Positions 34,498-38,907 of a stretch of 38,907 nt of DNA are shown here, piece by piece (within the stretch, counting starts at the first letter, position 1; every line of letters starts with the position of its first letter). The DNA comes from a virus (lineage: Duplodnaviria; Caudoviricetes): IMG/VR virus record IMGVR_UViG_3300025658_000255, positions 1 to 38,907 of that record; one strand, written 5' to 3'. The position numbers and the translations under genes were made by a program. A model generated the notes under the pieces. The model saw nothing but the letters and a program-made list of their open reading frames with translations. It was not told the DNA's origin and made no database searches.

Positions 34498-34925
34498 TGA
34501 AAGAGATGATTTGGGATCAGCCTAAGACCCAGGCTATGATCAAACGTGACATGGGCAAGGTGTGTAAGATTGACGGATGTGGCAAGCCAGTGTCACATAT
34601 GCAAGGACCTGGACAAAGTTCTTTGTGTAGAGATCATCAGTTGATGCAACGTGAGTATGGTGGCATGGGACGGCTAGATCGTCCGCACACTTTTCACCGT
34701 ACTTGGGAGTGTTCAGAGTGCGGCTACAATGCGCTCGAAGACGCTCGCTTGCAAGACATTACAGATGAGATGACTAAGCGTCGAGTTGCTCGGACACTAA
34801 TGCATGGAGACCATAACGGTACTCGTAAAGCAGACGGTGGTGACGACAGTGCGTCGAATGTAATCAGTCTTTGCTTTGTATGTCATGCAAAGAAAACTAT
34901 TCTGAACGAAGACTACCTAAATTAG
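34497..34925 (+). CDS. Zn-finger HNH endonuclease
   Basis: CKIDGC...LCRDH; CSEC; GDH...DGGDDSASNVISLCFVCHAKKT; TAATG coupling. Confidence 0.8.
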   Translation: MKEMIWDQPKTQAMIKRDMGKVCKIDGCGKPVSHMQGPGQSSLCRDHQLMQREYGGMGRLDRPHTFHRTWECSECGYNALEDARLQDITDEMTKRRVARTLMHGDHNGTRKADGGDDSASNVISLCFVCHAKKTILNEDYLN

Positions 34926-34988
34926 GTTGACAACAAGTGTGTCTGAGTATATTATAATAGTATACTTAGGCACACACAGAGGCACACT

Positions 34989-35963
34989 ATGATTGTAAAC
35001 GAAGATAAAATGTACTGCTATCTTTGGGAAGAAGTTGAACATCCTGGAGAATGTAAGTTTGGAGAGCGTTGGGTATTTGCAGGACAAGATCCTGAGAAAG
35101 AATGCCGCAAACGTATTCGAGAGTCGCTAGGTGTGCGTAAAGATATTTTTGATCAAGGTGCAGTACGTGTAGTACATCTTTGGGACGTAACTGAAGCATC
35201 CAAAACAGCAGGACGTTACTATCAGCGTTCGCGTATGGATGACTATTTGCGTGAGTTTATCGGCTACCGTAAAGGCAGTACAGGTGAAATTCACAAGCTA
35301 CACGGCGACGATATGAAGTTGCGTGTAAACAAGTTGCTGGCTAAACTAGGACAGCCGCTGATTACAGCAGGTCTAAGCACCAAGCAATACGAAGTAGCAG
35401 AAGAAGTAATTAACTTGTTTAATACTAGCAGTCACACAGTGTTGGCAGAGCTTTGTGCTCGTTTTGGCAAAACTATTTGGAGTGGTGCTGTTGCAGTAGA
35501 AATGGGTGTAGACATTGTAATTGTAGCAAGCTACGTTAAAACAGTGTTTACAAGTTTTGCAACAGACCTTACTAGCTTTCAGCAGTTTGCAAATTATGCA
35601 CACGTTGACACTAGTGATGCGGATTATCAAGAGCAAATTGAATCTGCACTTGCAGACGGCAAAAAAGTATTTGCATATCTAAGTCTTGCAAACGGTAGCA
35701 AACGACAAGAACGTATTGATTATTTGTTTGATAATCAAGTTAAAAAACTTCTTGTAGTAGATGAAGCAGATTTTGGAGCTCACCAAATTAAGCAAGCACA
35801 ACCTTTGATTGACAAACTTGATGATTTAGTGTATACTATTATTATGACGGGCACAAATGCAGAACGGGCTGCGACACACTGGCCAATTGACTCAATGGTA
35901 AGTGTTACATATCCTGAACTGCTAATTCAAAAGAAGGCTACACAAAATGCTAAATCAGTTTAA
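34989..35963 (+). CDS. GIY-YIG/T5orf172-like N-terminus plus SF2 helicase RecA1 domain (restriction subunit-like, N-half)
   Basis: YCY...CKFGE...RKRI; Walker A ARFGKT; Walker B VVDEAD; motif III MTGT; promoter TTGACA at 34927. Confidence 0.75.
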   Translation: MIVNEDKMYCYLWEEVEHPGECKFGERWVFAGQDPEKECRKRIRESLGVRKDIFDQGAVRVVHLWDVTEASKTAGRYYQRSRMDDYLREFIGYRKGSTGEIHKLHGDDMKLRVNKLLAKLGQPLITAGLSTKQYEVAEEVINLFNTSSHTVLAELCARFGKTIWSGAVAVEMGVDIVIVASYVKTVFTSFATDLTSFQQFANYAHVDTSDADYQEQIESALADGKKVFAYLSLANGSKRQERIDYLFDNQVKKLLVVDEADFGAHQIKQAQPLIDKLDDLVYTIIMTGTNAERAATHWPIDSMVSVTYPELLIQKKATQNAKSV

Positions 35964-37200
35964 CATTAATACAGACCGCGACTTGCTAGTTCCTGACTTT
36001 GCATGTTATCAAATGAATCTAATGGGTCCTGTAAATGCAGCTATTGCAGCAGGTGAAGTTGACGAAGACTTTGAAACACTGCCTAGTTGGGCAAAATTTG
36101 CAGCTAACCCTATTAAGTCGAAAGGATTCTTTACTCGCACACTACAAGCGATGTTCTTAGGACAGGGCGGTCACGACGAGCTTAATGTAGACCTACAAAC
36201 AGAAGACTACAAAAGTCAACGTGTAAGCATGATGTTTATGCCAGCTAATACACGCAATGATGTGCTAGAGCTTATTGGCAATATTGCACAAGAAACATTG
36301 CCAGGTTTTGAAGTAATTGTGCTATGTGGTACAGTGAAACATAACGGACGTAAGATTACTAACCGTCTTGCAGAACGTGCAGTAAAAGAAGTTGTTGAAC
36401 AAGGCAAGCCTACACTTATTATTGCTGCACAAATGGCACAACGTAGTTTTAGTATTCCTGAGATTACAGAACTGTACCTTGCATACGATCGAGGCGAAAA
36501 TGGCGCTACTATTCAAAAGATGAGTCGTACACTTACTCCTGGTGACATGGACAAAGTAGGACGTATTTTTAGCTTGAGCTTTGACCCTAACCGTGACGAT
36601 AAGTTTGATGCTATGGTAGTTGAGACTGCACTTAATCACAAGAAGCGTAATACCTCAAAAAGTTTACAGGAAGCAATGCGTGATGTACTGCGCACTGTTG
36701 ACATCTTTAAGTGTACCGAAGATGGTAGTGTTAAAGTTGAAGTAGACGACTATCTTGCACTTGCACTAGAGCGCAAGGGTGTAAGTCGTGTATTAGGTAA
36801 GATTGTTAATATTAACTTGCTTACTAGTGACGCTATTAGTGCTCTCGCAAACGGTAACAGCGATTACTTTCGCAATCAAAAGCAAGAACGAGCAGAAAGC
36901 GGCAAGACTCGAAATAGTTCGAATAATAAGAACAGTGGTGTTAAACGTGATCTAAGCACACAAAAAGAAATTGCAAAAGCACGTGAAGTAATTACTACAA
37001 TTATTGAAAACTTAGATATTGTAATTTTAGGTACAGGTAACACTGTACTTGCAGACGCAATGATATCTGTTGAACAAGACGTAGAAATGCGTGAATGTGT
37101 TGAAGAAGAGTTTGGTGTTGCAGCCGAAACAATATCATACCTGTTTCAAAACAATATTATCAAACAAGACTGGGTAGAGCTCCTATACGATAATGGTTGA
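35947..37200 (+). CDS. SF2 helicase C-terminal half
   Basis: TLIIAAQMAQRSFSIPEI (motif V-like); QKMSRTLTP (motif VI-like); AAGAAGG RBS. Confidence 0.65.
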   Translation: MLNQFNINTDRDLLVPDFACYQMNLMGPVNAAIAAGEVDEDFETLPSWAKFAANPIKSKGFFTRTLQAMFLGQGGHDELNVDLQTEDYKSQRVSMMFMPANTRNDVLELIGNIAQETLPGFEVIVLCGTVKHNGRKITNRLAERAVKEVVEQGKPTLIIAAQMAQRSFSIPEITELYLAYDRGENGATIQKMSRTLTPGDMDKVGRIFSLSFDPNRDDKFDAMVVETALNHKKRNTSKSLQEAMRDVLRTVDIFKCTEDGSVKVEVDDYLALALERKGVSRVLGKIVNINLLTSDAISALANGNSDYFRNQKQERAESGKTRNSSNNKNSGVKRDLSTQKEIAKAREVITTIIENLDIVILGTGNTVLADAMISVEQDVEMRECVEEEFGVAAETISYLFQNNIIKQDWVELLYDNG

Positions 37201-37252
37201 CATACTGTATAAAGATGTTAATATATCTGTATAGGCATTATACGAGGCAATT

Positions 37253-38434
37253 ATGATAGGCAGACTTAAATTTGATATTGCAAGTCTTGTAGACGAAATT
37301 TTAGATCAGCTTCCGAGTGAAGTATGGTCTAGTTCTACTACAACTTTTTTAGATCCTGCTATGGGCGGCGGCCAGTTTGTTCGAGCAATTGAGAATAGAT
37401 TGCGTAATGCAGGACATTCTAGTGAAAATATTAGCAAACGTGTTTACGGGTATGAGTCTAACCGTATGCGTATTAATTTTGCTGTAAATAAGTATAAACT
37501 AGTAGGAACGTATACTAATGCAGATTTTTTAGAGGATAAAGTTGATATGAAGTTTGATGTAATTGTAGGTAATCCGCCCTTCCAAAACAGAGCAGAAAAT
37601 TCAGACGGAGCACTTTGGTTAAAGTTTGTAAACAAAGGCATAGATTGTTTAGATACTAATGGCAAATTAGCATTTATTACTCCTACATCTTGGATTGGTA
37701 AAATCACTAAAACATCAAAAGCAAACTTTAGCCCATTTACTGACAATCATGTTGAATATCTTAAAGTACTAACTTCTGAAGAAGTTGATACTTACTTTAA
37801 AGGCGTAGGTAGTAGCTTTGGTTATTATGTTTTATCTAATGGCACTGGCGTAACTAATTTAGTCCTTGACGACAATAGTATTGTACCATATCAATTAAAA
37901 TTAGGTGAACCTCTGCCTAAAAAACTAAATCAACACAGTGTTAGTGTGCATCAAAAAGTTTCAACTAGTCCAAAAGTTTTATTTAATGCAAATTTTAAAA
38001 TGCATAGTCAGGTTTTAAAAAAGAAAAAAATTGTTTCGGACGATAAGAATGATACATTTTGTTATACTACATATTATAGTCACAATCTTATTCGATACAG
38101 TTCAGAAAAGCACGAGCTATTTGATAAGATCAAAGTAATGATTCCGATTGTAGGAACTTTAAAAAATGCATGGACTGATAAAAATTGTAACTTTACTGAA
38201 GATGTTAGATTCTTAACTGTTGATACCCAAGAAGAAGCGGATAATATGATTAAAGTCTTTAAGTCTAACTTGTTTTTATACTTAGGAGCACAGTATCGTT
38301 CAGGAAGAAACTTAGGATTAGCATTGCAGTTTTTACCAAGTCTTGATTTTACTAAATCTTGGACAGATGAAGCGTTATATAAACATTTTAATTTGACTAC
38401 TGAGGAAATACAATATGTTGAATCAAATCACTGA
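37253..38434 (+). CDS. N6-adenine DNA methyltransferase, Eco57I/TaqI-like, with TRD
   Basis: FLDPAMGGGQF (motif I); FDVIVGNPPF (motif IV); FITPTSW; TTGACA-16-TAATAT at 37197-37224. Confidence 0.9.
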   Translation: MIGRLKFDIASLVDEILDQLPSEVWSSSTTTFLDPAMGGGQFVRAIENRLRNAGHSSENISKRVYGYESNRMRINFAVNKYKLVGTYTNADFLEDKVDMKFDVIVGNPPFQNRAENSDGALWLKFVNKGIDCLDTNGKLAFITPTSWIGKITKTSKANFSPFTDNHVEYLKVLTSEEVDTYFKGVGSSFGYYVLSNGTGVTNLVLDDNSIVPYQLKLGEPLPKKLNQHSVSVHQKVSTSPKVLFNANFKMHSQVLKKKKIVSDDKNDTFCYTTYYSHNLIRYSSEKHELFDKIKVMIPIVGTLKNAWTDKNCNFTEDVRFLTVDTQEEADNMIKVFKSNLFLYLGAQYRSGRNLGLALQFLPSLDFTKSWTDEALYKHFNLTTEEIQYVESNH

Positions 38435-38876
38435 TCATATAAGAAACCGTTCTTATATGAGCGGCGTAGAAAGAGAACAATCTCGTGTAAAAGACACAGG
38501 AGAGATATTTACTCCAACAAAGTTAGTCCAAGATATTTTAGATACGTTAGATCAATCTGTATTTACAGATCCTACAAAAACATTCTTAGAACCTAGTTGT
38601 GGAGATGGACAATTCTTAGGCGAAGTGCTTATACGAAAGATAGAGAACGGTAGCACGTTCGAACAGGCTCTTAGCACTGTCTATGGTGTAGACTTAATGG
38701 AAGACAATGTCGAACTGTGTCGCGAGCGGTTGTTGTGCGGGCGTGAAGACTTACGACACATTGTAGAGAAGAACATTGTGTGTGCAGACGGACTACGTTA
38801 TCACTATCGTTTTGACGGAAGTGATCCATACGATGATGAAGCAGTAATTACTAACAAAAATAAATTTTTCGGTTGA
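38415..38876 (+). CDS. Short methyltransferase-like subunit (SAM-binding part, no NPPY/F)
   Basis: RVKDTGEIFTP; FLEPSCGDGQF; YGVDLMEDN; NIVCADGL; stops without a catalytic motif IV. Confidence 0.8.
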   Translation: MLNQITDHIRNRSYMSGVEREQSRVKDTGEIFTPTKLVQDILDTLDQSVFTDPTKTFLEPSCGDGQFLGEVLIRKIENGSTFEQALSTVYGVDLMEDNVELCRERLLCGREDLRHIVEKNIVCADGLRYHYRFDGSDPYDDEAVITNKNKFFG

Positions 38877-38901
38877 CAAGTCTTAAAAAATGTGCTATGT
38901 A
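38873..38901 (+). promoter_or_regulatory. Sigma70-like promoter for the next gene
   Basis: GGTTGACA-17-TATGTA, the same family as the other early promoters. Confidence 0.5.
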
Positions 38902-38907
38902 TATGCA

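Noticed and set aside
1-38907. Bacterial chromosome origin or alternative genetic code
   Set aside because: Host-like genes are isolated among phage genes with TAAATA promoters. Known genes are full length in the standard code and end with TAA, TAG or TGA.

Overview
This 38.9 kb window is AT-rich, densely coding and almost entirely on the + strand. It looks like part of a large T4-like (myovirus/jumbo) phage genome. The host is probably a marine alphaproteobacterium of the Rhodobacteraceae type, judged from a permuted two-piece tmRNA, a Rhodobacter-type porin, pseudoazurin, an aa3 oxidase subunit IV-like protein, a PcyX-like reductase and a ROSE-like element. In order, the window holds: putative late virion genes, a GT-B glycosyltransferase, a PD-(D/E)XK exonuclease, a beta-helix tail protein, nrdA/nrdB/glutaredoxin, PAAR, a SleB hydrolase, tmRNA, a membrane microprotein array with pseudoazurin/DoxX/porin, rpsU, guaC, hsp20, clpS, a heme oxygenase-like gene with pcyX, hemF, sbmA/bacA, infA, a ParB-like + HNH pair, and a split SF2 helicase with two methyltransferases. 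Six features stand out. (1) The permuted tmRNA has a 42-codon ORF inside its excised intervening segment, clamped by a 13-bp stem, and a long 20-residue tag. (2) An A-AAA-AAG -1 slippery site could fuse two head-region ORFs. (3) Many genes appear leaderless, with the promoter 4-6 nt before the ATG, in a phage that also carries bS21, IF1 and tmRNA. (4) A ROSE-type thermometer hairpin precedes hsp20. (5) The heme oxygenase lacks its catalytic motifs and is coupled to an intact PcyX through a membrane microprotein. (6) The helicase-methyltransferase locus is split. All calls come from reading motifs by eye; no database searches were run.
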